Source: Candidatus Fraserbacteria bacterium
GTDB lineage: Bacteria; Bipolaricaulota; Bipolaricaulia; RBG-16-55-9
Direction of reading: 5' to 3'
NCBI GenBank assembly: GCA_037443265.1
Contig: JBBIOR010000003.1
Span: forward strand, 30,019 to 94,018
DNA: 64,000 nucleotides
The notes below the pieces were generated by a model. The model was given only the letters and a program-made list of their open reading frames with translations, was not told the DNA's origin and ran no database searches. The position numbers were made by a program, and so were the translations under genes. Every line of letters starts with the position of its first letter. The stretch's first letter is position 1. Shown one piece after another: positions 38,569 through 49,474 of the stretch.

Positions 38569-39600
38569 TTAAGGCTTAGCTTCCAGCAAGCGCGTCACGA
38601 AAGCATCCACGTTGGAGTCGGCGATCTTCGGATCACGAATGATCGCATCGATCTCCAGAAGCGTCTTTGAGCAGTTCCTCTGGGCCAGCCGCTCGGAGAT
38701 GAGCGCATCCAGGTTTCCAAATTCGAGCTGTACGTCAATTCGCTGCTCCTCTTGTGCCTCTCGGCGGTCGATGAGGCGCACGGCCAGCGCTCCTCGCGAG
38801 CGCGCGTGCTCCTCAATCTCTGGGATGCTCAGCCCATCGCGCCCCAGATACACGCAGACGACAGCCCCCTTTAGCTGCTCGCGATGCGCGTCAATACTCC
38901 TGATCGGATCTTCATCTGCGCTGATGTAGAGAAACTTTCTGGTGGGAAGCTCACGGCGATCTAGGCGACCCGTCTCAAGATCGATCAGGCTCACGCCCCG
39001 CGGCTCGCGCTCATCGAGATTCCAGCGCTCCGTGCTCCCCGGATACGTGACGAGCAGCTCTCCCTCGCGCCAGAGCTGATGCTCGTGATAATCCCCCAAG
39101 AGCACATACTGTGCCCCACTCTTCCGTAGATCTTCAAAGCGGAGTTCGCCGTTCCCCACACGATCGAGCAGCTGGTGGCAGACGAGCACTCCCCCCTTAA
39201 GGCGAGGAGGCTTCACTACGCGGCGGCCTGCATAGTCCATCCCATAGAAGCGAATGCCTCCCAGCTCATAGGGCTCTTGATGGAGGTGCACGGCCAGTCC
39301 CAGCTGCGCAAAGAGATCGAGCCATTGGACACCGCGGCGCTGCTCGTGATTGCCTACAACGCCTAGAAACGGAATCCTGGCCTCTTTCAGCTGGAAGAGC
39401 ACCTGAAGGGTATCGTGCAGATCTTCGGCCGTGGGGAAGCGATCATCGAAGAGATCTCCGGAGTGCACCACGGCATCGACTCTTTCGGCCAGCGCGATCT
39501 CCATGGCCCCTCGAAAGGCCCGCGCAAAATCTGTGCGGCGCTCTTCGAGCCCGTACTGGCAGGCCCCAAGGTGCGTGTCCGCCGTATGGAGAACCCTCAT
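38569..39600 (-). CDS. mre11: Mre11/SbcD nuclease
   Basis: HTADTHLG, SGDLFD, GNHE, LGDYH, YPGSTE. Confidence 0.92.
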   Translation of the reverse strand: MRVLHTADTHLGACQYGLEERRTDFARAFRGAMEIALAERVDAVVHSGDLFDDRFPTAEDLHDTLQVLFQLKEARIPFLGVVGNHEQRRGVQWLDLFAQLGLAVHLHQEPYELGGIRFYGMDYAGRRVVKPPRLKGGVLVCHQLLDRVGNGELRFEDLRKSGAQYVLLGDYHEHQLWREGELLVTYPGSTERWNLDEREPRGVSLIDLETGRLDRRELPTRKFLYISADEDPIRSIDAHREQLKGAVVCVYLGRDGLSIPEIEEHARSRGALAVRLIDRREAQEEQRIDVQLEFGNLDALISERLAQRNCSKTLLEIDAIIRDPKIADSNVDAFVTRLLEAKP

Positions 39601-40868
39601 GACAGGGCTTTATCCAGCGACTTCAGCTGCCTCTCCGGCCCAATGACGGTGAGCGTAAACGAATTCTTCCCAAAGAGCTCCTGAGCTACTGTGCGCACGT
39701 CCTCCGGAGTCACCATCTCCAGGTGGGCGATCACATCCTCCAGGGGCATGTGTATGTTGTAGATTTCAGAGATCCCCAGGCGATTCATGCGCGCATGGCT
39801 GCTCTCCAGCCCCAAGAGCAGGTTGCCCTTGAGTTTCTCCTTGGCCAGCTGGATCGTCTCCTCGGGCACGAGTTCTTCTTGGAGTCGCTCGAGCTCTTCC
39901 CGACAGATCTCAAGCGCCTGCGCGGCGTTCTTCGGCTCTGTGCCCAGGTAGATCGTAAAGAGTCCGCTATCGCTGAAGTAGCTGGGGCTGCTGAAGACGA
40001 CATAGGCGAGACCCAGCTCTTCGCGGATTCTCTTGAAGAGCCTTGAACTCATCCCGCCGCCCAGCACCGTGTTTAAAATCTCTAAGGCGTAGCGACGAGG
40101 GTCCGTCTTGGCTATCCCAACGGTTCCCAGGCAGATGTGGGCCTGTTGCAGATCTCGACGTTCTTCTAGATGGAAGCCGCCCTTCTTCTTCGGAGAGGAG
40201 CGCGGCGGCTCTGAGCACTCCGCACTTTCAATCTCTCCCAGCTTGGCCTCCGCTACGCGCAAGAGGTCCTCGGCGGAGACCTCTCCCACCGCGGCTAAGA
40301 AGAGGTGGCGCGCATCATAGAGGGCAAAGTGCTCCAGCAGATCTTCCCGAGAGAGTCGGCTGACTGTCTCTTCCGTGCCGGCAATCGGACGGGCCAAGGG
40401 ATGCTGAGAGTCCCAGAGATGTTGCGTGAATAATTCAAAAATCTTCTCTTGGGGCGTGTCCTCCTGCATGCGGATCTCTTCGAGGATGACCCCTTTCTCC
40501 TTGGTGAGATCCTCCGACTTAAAGAGCGGATTTTTTATCAAATCCGCCAGCACATCGAGCGCGCTCTCCAGATGCTGCGGCAGCACATCGACATAATAGG
40601 CCGTGTACTCTTTGGAAGTCATCGCGTTGATAAAGCCGCCGATGGCATCGATCTCTTCCGAGATTTGGAATGCCGTGCGATGAGTCGTGCCTTTGAAGAC
40701 CATGTGTTCGAGGAGATGGCAGATGCCCGCCTGGGAAGCGGGCTCGTCTCGGCTGCCCAGCCTCACCCAGATGCCCAAAGAGAGCGGACGGCCCGGGCGG
40801 GGCTCAAAGAGCACCTTCACCTCATTCGAGAGCCTGAACTCGTAGCAGCTGGGGTACAGCTCGATCAT
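39597..40868 (-). CDS. M16 (pitrilysin-family) zinc peptidase
   Basis: HLLEH inverted zinc motif, LGGGMSSRLF; usual position downstream of pnp. Confidence 0.93.
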   Translation of the reverse strand: MIELYPSCYEFRLSNEVKVLFEPRPGRPLSLGIWVRLGSRDEPASQAGICHLLEHMVFKGTTHRTAFQISEEIDAIGGFINAMTSKEYTAYYVDVLPQHLESALDVLADLIKNPLFKSEDLTKEKGVILEEIRMQEDTPQEKIFELFTQHLWDSQHPLARPIAGTEETVSRLSREDLLEHFALYDARHLFLAAVGEVSAEDLLRVAEAKLGEIESAECSEPPRSSPKKKGGFHLEERRDLQQAHICLGTVGIAKTDPRRYALEILNTVLGGGMSSRLFKRIREELGLAYVVFSSPSYFSDSGLFTIYLGTEPKNAAQALEICREELERLQEELVPEETIQLAKEKLKGNLLLGLESSHARMNRLGISEIYNIHMPLEDVIAHLEMVTPEDVRTVAQELFGKNSFTLTVIGPERQLKSLDKALS

Positions 40869-40869
40869 C

Positions 40870-43257
40870 TCATTTCTTTCGGCCGTTCGATGGCTCTTCG
40901 CCCGGGCCGACTTTGATGAGCTTGAGCGCATAGCGACCCTTTTCATCAATGCGGATCAACTCCACCGTCACAGGATCTCCGACTTTGACCACGTCCTCGA
41001 CGCGCTGGACGCGCCCTCGGTCCGAGAGGGCCGAGATGTGGATCAGCCCCGACTCTCCTTCGTTGAACTCCACGAAGGCCCCATAGTCGGCGATGCCCTT
41101 CACTCTCCCAAAGTAGCGCTGGCCCACTTGGATGGGCTTCTTCTCGATGTGGCGCTTGAGGTTCACCCGGCCCATCGGGTCGAGTTCTGTGACTTCGACT
41201 TCGATCTCGTCTCCGAGCTTGACGACATCTTCCACGCGCTTGACGTATTTATCCGACAGATCGGAGACGTGGATGAGGCCCAAGACTCCGGGCTTGATCT
41301 CCACAAAGGCCCCGAAGCGCTCAATTCGGACGACTTTGCCGCGGTAGTGATCGCCGACTTGGATCTCTTTAGCGAGTTCTTCAATTTGAGTGCGCGCGGC
41401 TTTGACGGCCTCGGCGTTCTCGCCGGAGATCTTCACCGTGCCGTCGTCTTCGATGTCGATCTCGGTGCCCGTCTCATTGAGGATCTTACGGATGGTCTTA
41501 CCTCCGGGGCCGATGACCGCGCCGATCTTCTCCGGGCTGATCTTGATAATTTCAAGCAATGGCGCGTACTTAGACAGCTGCGGCCGAGGCGCCGGCAGCG
41601 TCTGTTCCATGATCTTTAGAATCTCCAGGCGGGCCCGGCGGGCCTGGGCCATGGCTTGAGCCATAAGCTCTTCCGAGAGGCCGCTCGTCTTCACATCCAG
41701 CTGGAAGGCTGTTAATCCATCGCGCGTGCCAGCCACCTTGAAGTCCATATCGCCAAAGCCGTCCTCGAAGCCGGCGATGTCCGTGAGAATTACAGCCTCG
41801 CCGGCCTCTTCAATGAGGCCCATGGCGATGCCCGCCACCGGCTTTTTGATGGGCACGCCCGCGTCCATCAGGGCCAGCGTCCCGCTGCACACCGAGGCCA
41901 TCGAGCTTGATCCGTTCGACTCGACGATCTCAGATACCACTCGGATGATATATGGGAACTCCTCTTCGCTGGGCAGCACAGGCTGGAGGGCCGTCTCCGC
42001 CAGGTGCCCGTGGCCGATCTCGCGGCGCTTCGGCGGGCCCATCCGACCGGGCTCGCCCACGCTGTAGGGCGGGAAGTTGTAGTGCAGCATGAAGCGCTTT
42101 CGGCCCTCTTCCAGCATAAGATCAATGATCTGTTCATCTTGGCGGGTGGTGCCTAAGGTGCACGTCCCCAAGCTCTGAGTCTCACCGCGGGTAAAGAGCG
42201 CCGAGCCATGTACTCTGGGAAGCACGCCCACTTCGCAGGCGACCGGGCGCAGCTCATCGGCCTTGCGGCCATCCATGCGAATCTTGCGCCTAAGAGTCTC
42301 CTTGCGGACATGCTCTTTGAGCAGCTCTTTGAAGAGCGCTAAGAGCGTCTTTCGGAGAGAGGCCAGCTCGGACTCCTTCATCTCTGGGTTCTGCTCCAGT
42401 CTTCTGGCGAGAAGCTTCTCGATGGCCTCTTCACAGATGGCCTCTGCCCGCGCCTCGCGCTCCAGCTTCCTCAGCGGGCCCCAGAGTTCTTCAAAGCGAT
42501 CCCCGATCAGGGCCGCGAGCTCGGCTTTGAGCTCATCGAGTCCTTCGGCCGGGGAGACCTGAATCTTGGGCTTGGGACTGGGGATCTTCGCCATGAATTC
42601 CCTCTGCAGGCGCACCAGGTGCCGGATCTCCTCATGGGCGATCTTGATGGCCTCAAGCACCCGCTCCTCCGGAATCTCCTTCATCTCGCCCTCGACCATG
42701 GTGACCGCCTGTTCAGTTCCGGCCACTACAATGTCCATGGAGCTCTTCTCGAGCTGCTCGAACGTCGGATTGAGGACGAACCCATCGTCGAGGAGTCCGA
42801 CCCGCACGCCCGCCACCGGACCCAAGAAGGGCACCGAGCTGATCAGGAGGGCCGCGGAGGCCCCCAAAAGCCCTGCAATCTCGGGCGGATGATCTTTGTC
42901 GGCGGAGAGCACGGTCACGACCACATGGACCGTCTCTCTATAGCCGTCGGGGAAGAGCGGGCGGATCGGCCGATCGATCATGCGCGCATGGAGCACGGCC
43001 GCATCCGAGGGCTTGCCCTCCCGCTTGAAAAACCCTCCGGGGATCTTGCCTCCCGCGTAGAATCGCTCTTCGTAATCGACCGTGAGCGGGAAGTAATCCA
43101 GTTCTTCTTCGGCTTCAGAGCGATTGACGGTGGCGAGGATCATCGTCTCGCCGAAGGTCACTACCACAGCCCCATCAGACTGGCGGGCGATCCGGCCCGT
43201 CTCCAGCGTAAAGGGGCCATCGCTGTGTCGAACGATCGAAAGATCTCCCATCTTCAC
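40870..43257 (-). CDS. pnp: Polyribonucleotide nucleotidyltransferase with two S1 domains
   Basis: [35 protein letters not shown] domain, S1 x2. Confidence 0.97.
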   Translation of the reverse strand: MKMGDLSIVRHSDGPFTLETGRIARQSDGAVVVTFGETMILATVNRSEAEEELDYFPLTVDYEERFYAGGKIPGGFFKREGKPSDAAVLHARMIDRPIRPLFPDGYRETVHVVVTVLSADKDHPPEIAGLLGASAALLISSVPFLGPVAGVRVGLLDDGFVLNPTFEQLEKSSMDIVVAGTEQAVTMVEGEMKEIPEERVLEAIKIAHEEIRHLVRLQREFMAKIPSPKPKIQVSPAEGLDELKAELAALIGDRFEELWGPLRKLEREARAEAICEEAIEKLLARRLEQNPEMKESELASLRKTLLALFKELLKEHVRKETLRRKIRMDGRKADELRPVACEVGVLPRVHGSALFTRGETQSLGTCTLGTTRQDEQIIDLMLEEGRKRFMLHYNFPPYSVGEPGRMGPPKRREIGHGHLAETALQPVLPSEEEFPYIIRVVSEIVESNGSSSMASVCSGTLALMDAGVPIKKPVAGIAMGLIEEAGEAVILTDIAGFEDGFGDMDFKVAGTRDGLTAFQLDVKTSGLSEELMAQAMAQARRARLEILKIMEQTLPAPRPQLSKYAPLLEIIKISPEKIGAVIGPGGKTIRKILNETGTEIDIEDDGTVKISGENAEAVKAARTQIEELAKEIQVGDHYRGKVVRIERFGAFVEIKPGVLGLIHVSDLSDKYVKRVEDVVKLGDEIEVEVTELDPMGRVNLKRHIEKKPIQVGQRYFGRVKGIADYGAFVEFNEGESGLIHISALSDRGRVQRVEDVVKVGDPVTVELIRIDEKGRYALKLIKVGPGEEPSNGRKK

Positions 43258-43283
43258 TACCTCACTCCGTTTCTGAGGGTGAC

Positions 43284-43553
43284 CTAGCCGCGAATCCCGA
43301 GCTGTTCAATCAATTGTTGGTAGCGCGTGGGGTCCTTGCGCCTAAGATACGCCATCAAGCGCTTGCGCCGGCCGACCTTCTGCATGAGCCCCCGCTGCGA
43401 ATGGAAATCATGCTGGTGGGTCTTTAGGTGCTCCGTGAGCCTTTCGATCTCTTTCGTCAGCACGGCGATCTGGACCTCAGGGGACCCCGTGTCCTGCTCT
43501 GTTCGGCGATACGCTCGCATGATCTCGGCCTTCTCTTGCTTCAAAAGAGCCAT
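43284..43553 (-). CDS. rpsO: 30S ribosomal protein S15
   Basis: DTGSPEVQIAVLT...HDFHSQRGL. Confidence 0.98.
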   Translation of the reverse strand: MALLKQEKAEIMRAYRRTEQDTGSPEVQIAVLTKEIERLTEHLKTHQHDFHSQRGLMQKVGRRKRLMAYLRRKDPTRYQQLIEQLGIRG

Positions 43554-44854
43554 TATCTTCTCCTCCCATGTCGCTTCTGAAAGGCATAGACGTGGGCTTT
43601 GGCGGCTTCCTCATCGAACGTCTGGATCTCATGATCCTCCATGACGATCCTCCCATCGATGATGACGGTTCTCACGTCCGCCGCTTGGGCCGAATAGACG
43701 AGGTTCGAGATGACCTCATACTGGGGCACCCAGTGAGGCCGTCCCATATCGAGAATCGCAAGATCCGCTCGCTTGCCCACTTCAATGCGCCCAATCTCGT
43801 TCCAGCCTAAAGCCCAAGCCCCGCGCTCGGTCCCGAGTTTGAGGGCCTCAGGGGCCGCAAGCGCGCTGGCCTCCTCTAGTATACCCTTCTGGAGGAGGGC
43901 TGCCAAGCGAATCTCTTCCAATAGATCCAGATTGTTGTTGGAAGACGCTCCGTCCGTCCCAAGCGCCACGTTCACCCCTGAATCTAAGAGTCTTTTGACC
44001 GGGGCCACGCCCGAGGCCAGTTTGAGGTTGCTCGTCGGATTGTGAACGACGTTCACGTCATGCTCGGCCAGAAGGCGAATGTCGCCATCGGCCAGATGCA
44101 CACAATGGGCCGCCAGCACCGGAGCCTCAAACACACCCAGACTCTCTAGATACGCCACGGGCGTCTTGCCCCATCTCTGAAGGGCCTCCTGCACTTCGCC
44201 CCTCGTCTCCGAAAGGTGCGTGTGAATGATGAGTTGGTGTTGCTGAGCCAGCTCGATCGCGCGCTGCCACACCGCGGGATGGCAGGTGTAGGGCGCATGA
44301 GGGGCCACAGCCGTTCGGATGCGCCCCTCGGCCGTACCGTGATGGCGCTCGACGAACTCTTCCGTGACGCGCAGTTCTTGCGCTAATTTATCACCCAGCT
44401 CCGGAGCGATGATCCCATAGGCCAGAAGCGCCCGTATTCCGCTCTCTTTCACGGCCTGCGCCACGACGTCCATGTGGAAATACATATCGGCAAAACACGT
44501 CGTGCCCGAGCGGATCATCTCCGCAATGCCCAGAAGGGAGGCCCAATAGACGTCCTCGTCTGTGAGTTGGGCCTCCAGTGGCCAGATCTCTTCCGCAAGC
44601 CAGCGCCTGAGCGGAAGGTCATCCGCGTAGCCGCGCATCAGCACCATGGCCAGATGCGTGTGGGCATTGATGAAGCCAGGGATGACCAGCTGATCCTTTC
44701 CGGAGATCACCCGATCGAAGTCCTTCTCGCAAAGCGATGGGGGATCGTCCATGAGCTTGGAGATCACGCCGTCCTCGATCGCGATGGAGAGGTGCTCACG
44801 CACCGGAGGCTCTCCCAAGGTGATGGCCGTGAAATCTTTCAGCAGGATCTTCAT
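43553..44854 (-). CDS. mtaD: 5-methylthioadenosine/SAH deaminase-like amidohydrolase
   Basis: NAHTH, PHAPY, HLSET, AHCVH, LGTDG. Confidence 0.85.
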   Translation of the reverse strand: MKILLKDFTAITLGEPPVREHLSIAIEDGVISKLMDDPPSLCEKDFDRVISGKDQLVIPGFINAHTHLAMVLMRGYADDLPLRRWLAEEIWPLEAQLTDEDVYWASLLGIAEMIRSGTTCFADMYFHMDVVAQAVKESGIRALLAYGIIAPELGDKLAQELRVTEEFVERHHGTAEGRIRTAVAPHAPYTCHPAVWQRAIELAQQHQLIIHTHLSETRGEVQEALQRWGKTPVAYLESLGVFEAPVLAAHCVHLADGDIRLLAEHDVNVVHNPTSNLKLASGVAPVKRLLDSGVNVALGTDGASSNNNLDLLEEIRLAALLQKGILEEASALAAPEALKLGTERGAWALGWNEIGRIEVGKRADLAILDMGRPHWVPQYEVISNLVYSAQAADVRTVIIDGRIVMEDHEIQTFDEEAAKAHVYAFQKRHGRRR

Positions 44855-44950
44855 AGACCCGGCTCCGAGGGGTTCATGTGATGTGAGGCGATTATAGCGA
44901 CTTGATGGGCGATGTTGCAATGCAAAAGCCTTGCGGATACTCTAATCATT

Positions 44951-45958
44951 ATGACGATGACGCAAAGGACGCGCGCGCGGGTGGTCTCTGGTTTCAAGCC
45001 CACCGGGGAACTCCATCTCGGGAACTATTTCGGCACGATCGCCAATGCGCTCAAATTGCAAGAGCGCTACGAGTGCTTCTATTTTATTGCGGATTATCAC
45101 GCGATTACGATCGATTGGGAGCCGGAGGAGCTTCAGCGCAACACGCTGGAGATGGCGCTAGGTCTTCTAGCCTGCGGGATCGATCCGGAGCGTTCCGTGC
45201 TGTTTGTGCAATCTCAGATTCCAGAGCATACGGAGCTCTGCTGGATTTTCAATAATCTTGCGAGTTTTGGGGATCTAATGCGCATGACGCAATTCAAAGA
45301 ATGCCGCGAGGAAGCCGAGAAATCTCAAGAGTTCGTGAGCGTCGGACTCTTTGATTATCCCGCCCTGCAGGCGGCGGACATTCTCATCTATCACGGCGCA
45401 AAAGTGCCCGTAGGGGCGGATCAGCTGCAGCACTTGGAGCTCACGCGGCGTATCGCCCGGCGCTTCAACAGCCGCTTTGGCCCCTACTTTCCTGAGCCGG
45501 AGGGCATCTTAAGCGAAGCTCCTCGGATCATGTCCCCGGCGGATCCTTTGAAGAAAATGAGCAAGAGCTACGGGGAGAAGCACGTCATTCGCCTGACGGA
45601 GCCGGAGGACTCCATCTGGGAGAAGATTAAAACAGCTGTCACAGACCCGGGTCCTCGCGGGGTGGAGATGAGCCCCGGCGTGGCCAATCTCTTTCAGTTG
45701 CTCAAGCTCTCTGCCCCAGCGGACACTTATGAGAAATTCAGATCCGAGTACGATCGGGGCACGCTCCAGTATGAATCATTAAAAAGGGCGCTCTTTGAGC
45801 ATCTGATGGAGGCGCTTGGGCCCATTCGCGCGCGGCGCAAGAAGCTTCGAGAGAGCGATGCGCGCGCGGCCCTTAAGCTGGGGGCCCAGCGGGCGAGCCG
45901 GATCGCCCAGCAGACCCTCCAAGAGGTCAAGCGCCGCATCGGCGTTGGGCCCTTCTGA
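44951..45958 (+). CDS. trpS: Tryptophanyl-tRNA synthetase
   Basis: HLGN, YPALQAADI, VPVGADQ, KMSKS. Confidence 0.96.
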   Translation: MTMTQRTRARVVSGFKPTGELHLGNYFGTIANALKLQERYECFYFIADYHAITIDWEPEELQRNTLEMALGLLACGIDPERSVLFVQSQIPEHTELCWIFNNLASFGDLMRMTQFKECREEAEKSQEFVSVGLFDYPALQAADILIYHGAKVPVGADQLQHLELTRRIARRFNSRFGPYFPEPEGILSEAPRIMSPADPLKKMSKSYGEKHVIRLTEPEDSIWEKIKTAVTDPGPRGVEMSPGVANLFQLLKLSAPADTYEKFRSEYDRGTLQYESLKRALFEHLMEALGPIRARRKKLRESDARAALKLGAQRASRIAQQTLQEVKRRIGVGPF

Positions 45959-46041
45959 AGAGGGTTTTCGTCCTCTTCCGCTCACGTCATTTAACGTTTT
46001 TTAACGATACTGCTGGGCCTCTGCTCTTCTTCGGCCTTAAG

Positions 46042-47601
46042 CTAGGGGCAACTGAGGGGCAGAAGCCTCTTTAGCTGCGCTAGGCTCTCCGGGCGGAAGC
46101 TAGGGAGCACGTTGGGCGGTATGACTTCCACTTGGGCCGACATGATGTCCCGCGGATCGTTCTGGGAAGTGTGCCCCAATCCCAGAAGATGCCCCAGCTC
46201 ATGAGAGGCCACCGTGGCCAAGGCTAGCAGTAATTGAGCGAGCGGCACCCCCCGCAGCCTGAGGAAGCCTCCCAAGAAGACTTGAGCCTGTCCAAAGCGC
46301 ACGAAAAGCGGGGCAACCCCCAAGATCGCCCCGCGACTCTCCGGCTTAAACACGATGGTCGCCTTGGCTCCCCTAGGCGATACGAGCGTGAAGCGGATAT
46401 TGACCCCCTGATACTGCTGCTCCATGATGCTTTTCATCTGCGGCAGGAAGGACTCCATAAGCTCCTTCGGGCTCAGGCCTGTCAAGTCCATGAGCACCGG
46501 CAGGGCGCCCTCTTCCAGCTGGAGGAGGGCAAATTGGCCACAATTGTTCAGCGGTGGGCCAATATCTACCCGCAGAGCTGCCGCGTTGTCTTCTTCGTCT
46601 GGTTCGGGGATGATGGCGGCCACATCGGCTTTGACGCGCAGCCAGTGCTCCCCGCTCTGTGCCTGCCAGCTGGTTTGGAGCTCAATGGTCGCGCCAGCGG
46701 CCAAAGGAGGCACGCTTATAAGCTGCAGCGTCTGGCCATCGGCTTGAAAGGCCACCTGGAAGCCCACAGCCGGTCCGCGGCCGGCGTTGACGATGGTGGC
46801 CTTCAAGCGGACGGTCTGACCCGGCTCGGCTGCCTGAGGCTCCAATACGAGGGCTTGGACCTTAAGATCCGCCCCCGTGGGCTCCTGAGAAGACACATTT
46901 AGAGTGCGAACGAGGATGTTGTTCGCCTCATCGGCTTCGGACACGCTTTGGAAGGGATCTACGACCACGCGCAGGGCTATTTCGCCCGCTTGGGCGAGCC
47001 AGTTGATTTCGGCCGTGCGCTCCTCTCCGCTGGGGAGGCCTCCCGGCAGAAACTGTGTGGCGAGCAATCGGCGTCCGGCGAAGAACTGCACGGCAAAGTT
47101 GCCTCCAGGAACCGCTTGAACACCACCGTTGCGAATGAGGGCCTTAAGCCGGGTGAGCTCGCCGGGTTTGGGAAACTCTGGCTCAAGGCTCAACCGCAAG
47201 ATTTGCAGATCTGCCCCGAAGTTCAGCTCTAGGGCCAAAGTGTTATTGTTCTCATCGGCTTCGGTGATCCGCGGGGGATGGTCTACCAGGAGGCGCACGG
47301 TATGTCGTCCAGGGGTGACCACCCATGGGGCTTCGAGGGTGATCTGCCCCCTGGCGGGCAGCTCGAGCACAAAGCGGGAGAAGAGCGGCTTGTCATCGAG
47401 CTGCAGGAGCACCCAGAAGGCTGCGGCATCCGCCTCGCCGCGGTTGACCACCGTGGCCTCGAAGCGCACAGCAACCCCCGGCTGGGCTTGCGGTGGGGCC
47501 ATCTCCAGGCGCGTGGGAACAAGATCGGGCAGCGGCCCGGGCTCAGCCGGGGCCGCCTGAGTCCAAAGAACCAGAACACTCAGCAAGAGCAGAAGCGTCA
47601 T
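46042..47601 (-). CDS. Secreted protein with three CARDB domains and a zincin metallopeptidase domain
   Basis: Signal peptide, three repeats ending EADENNN/EADEANN/EPDEEDN, HELGHLLGLGH, Met-turn DIM. Confidence 0.85.
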   Translation of the reverse strand: MTLLLLLSVLVLWTQAAPAEPGPLPDLVPTRLEMAPPQAQPGVAVRFEATVVNRGEADAAAFWVLLQLDDKPLFSRFVLELPARGQITLEAPWVVTPGRHTVRLLVDHPPRITEADENNNTLALELNFGADLQILRLSLEPEFPKPGELTRLKALIRNGGVQAVPGGNFAVQFFAGRRLLATQFLPGGLPSGEERTAEINWLAQAGEIALRVVVDPFQSVSEADEANNILVRTLNVSSQEPTGADLKVQALVLEPQAAEPGQTVRLKATIVNAGRGPAVGFQVAFQADGQTLQLISVPPLAAGATIELQTSWQAQSGEHWLRVKADVAAIIPEPDEEDNAAALRVDIGPPLNNCGQFALLQLEEGALPVLMDLTGLSPKELMESFLPQMKSIMEQQYQGVNIRFTLVSPRGAKATIVFKPESRGAILGVAPLFVRFGQAQVFLGGFLRLRGVPLAQLLLALATVASHELGHLLGLGHTSQNDPRDIMSAQVEVIPPNVLPSFRPESLAQLKRLLPLSCP

Positions 47602-48875
47602 GGCCGAATCACCTCTAGGCCCATATAATCTCTTAGGGCTTCCGGAATGATCACGGAGCCGTCGGGTCGTTGATTGTTCTCTAAGAGAGCGATCATCAAG
47701 CGGGAAGTCGCCAGGCCGCTCCCGTTGAGCGTGTGGACGAATTCGGGCTTGGCTTTGGGCGATGGCCTATAGCGAATGTTCCCGCGTCTGGCTTGAAAGT
47801 CTTCACAGTTGCTACAGGAGGAGACTTCGTAGTAGCGCCCCTGGCCGGGCAACCAGACCTCAATGTCAATCGTCTTGGCGGCGGCAAACCCCAAATCCCC
47901 CGTGGGCAGAAGCGCCAAGCGGTAGTGTAAATCGAGCGCTTTCAAGATATCCTCTGCGTCCTCGACCATCTTGTCGAGTTCGGCGTAAGAGTCTTCCGGC
48001 CTCGTAAATTTGAAAAGCTCGACTTTGTTGAATTGATGGAGGCGAATGAGCCCGCGCTCCTCCTCACCCGCCGCTCCGGCCTCCCGACGGAAACAGGCCG
48101 TATACGCGCAGTACTTGAGGGGAAGCTGCTCTGCTTCCAAGATCTCATCCCGATGGAGATTGCACAGCATCACTTCCGCCGTGGGGTTGAGATACAGCTC
48201 GTCCCGCTCCATGAAGTATTGCTCGTCTTTGAATTTGGGCAGATGCGATGACGTATAGAACGTCGTGGGGTTGCCCAGAAAGGGCGGCCAGATGGGCGTA
48301 TAGCCGTTCTCTTCGATCTGATATTTGAACATGAATTGCACCAGCGCCATCTCCAGTTTGGCTCCCAGGCCCTTGTAGAGCGCAAAGCGCGCCCCGGCGA
48401 TCCTGGCCGCGCGCTCAAAATCGAATAAATCGAGGGTCTTTCCCAGCTCGATGTGGGTCTTGCAGGGGAAATCAAACTCGGGCCTCTCTTTGTGCTCTTT
48501 TAGGATGACTTTCGCGCCCTTGTCGTAGCTGATGGGCACAGATTCGTGCGGCAGGTTGGGCAGATGGGAGAGCAGCTGGTGGAGTTCTTCTTCGATCGTG
48601 CCCAGCTGGACGTCTAGGGCTTTGATGCGCTCGGCCATCGCACGCATCTCGAGGATGAGCTCCTGGGCCTGCTCTGCTCGCTTGGCGGCTTTAAGGCGCG
48701 CGATCTGCTCAGAAGCTTGGTTGCGCTGATATTTGAGAGCCTCTACCTCTTGGATCAAGTGGCGGCGGCGCGCATCCAGCTTAAGAAGGGGGGCCAGGCT
48801 CAAGGAGGGGTCGCGCATCTTGAGCTTCTGCTCGATCTGCTGGGGTTGCGCGCGGATGGCTTTTAAGTCAAGCAT
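47598..48875 (-). CDS. serS: Seryl-tRNA synthetase
   Basis: MLDLKAIR, PTAE, FRREAG, EVSSCSN, HTLNGSGLA. Confidence 0.97.
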   Translation of the reverse strand: MLDLKAIRAQPQQIEQKLKMRDPSLSLAPLLKLDARRRHLIQEVEALKYQRNQASEQIARLKAAKRAEQAQELILEMRAMAERIKALDVQLGTIEEELHQLLSHLPNLPHESVPISYDKGAKVILKEHKERPEFDFPCKTHIELGKTLDLFDFERAARIAGARFALYKGLGAKLEMALVQFMFKYQIEENGYTPIWPPFLGNPTTFYTSSHLPKFKDEQYFMERDELYLNPTAEVMLCNLHRDEILEAEQLPLKYCAYTACFRREAGAAGEEERGLIRLHQFNKVELFKFTRPEDSYAELDKMVEDAEDILKALDLHYRLALLPTGDLGFAAAKTIDIEVWLPGQGRYYEVSSCSNCEDFQARRGNIRYRPSPKAKPEFVHTLNGSGLATSRLMIALLENNQRPDGSVIIPEALRDYMGLEVIRP

Positions 48876-48952
48876 GGCACATCCCTTGGGCATTGTAGCC
48901 GCAGGAGCTGCTCCCGGCAAGCCCCTTGCCATCCGCGGACAGATGCCCCAAG

Positions 48953-49321
48953 ATGAAAGTCATGCGGAAATCGCAGCCCTATGGCTTCCGGAAGACCCAC
49001 CGACTCACGAAGGGCTCAGATTTTCAGAGGGTCTATCAAGGGGGAAAGCTCATCAAGAACGAGCACTTTCGCCTCTACGTGCTCCCCAGGGAGGGCGAGT
49101 CCACTCCGCGGCTGGGGCTTTCGGTGTCGAAGAAGATGGGCAAGGCCGTGGTGAGGAACCGCCTGAAGCGCTGGATCCGCGAGTGGTTTCGCACGCGCAA
49201 GGACGAGCTTACGGGGTTGGATATCGTCGTCCAACCCAAGCCGCCTGCGGTGGCCCTGGATCATGAGGCTCTCGAAGAGAGCTTAGAGGGTCTGGTCGTC
49301 TCCCTCAAAGCGCCCGACTGA
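48953..49321 (+). CDS. rnpA: RNase P protein component
   Basis: RLGLSVSKKMGKAVVRNRLKR. Confidence 0.93.
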   Translation: MKVMRKSQPYGFRKTHRLTKGSDFQRVYQGGKLIKNEHFRLYVLPREGESTPRLGLSVSKKMGKAVVRNRLKRWIREWFRTRKDELTGLDIVVQPKPPAVALDHEALEESLEGLVVSLKAPD

Positions 49322-49474
49322 TGCGCCCACCCTCTTGCACCTCTGAGGGGCCTCTGCTATACTCTGGGCGCTTCAATCCATTTCGAAAGATCAGCCCGGA
49401 AGGGTTACCCCTCGGCCTTCTTCGCCACTGGGCATAGCGAATATGGGAGGGCTATCGGGGCAGAAGGAGAACGC

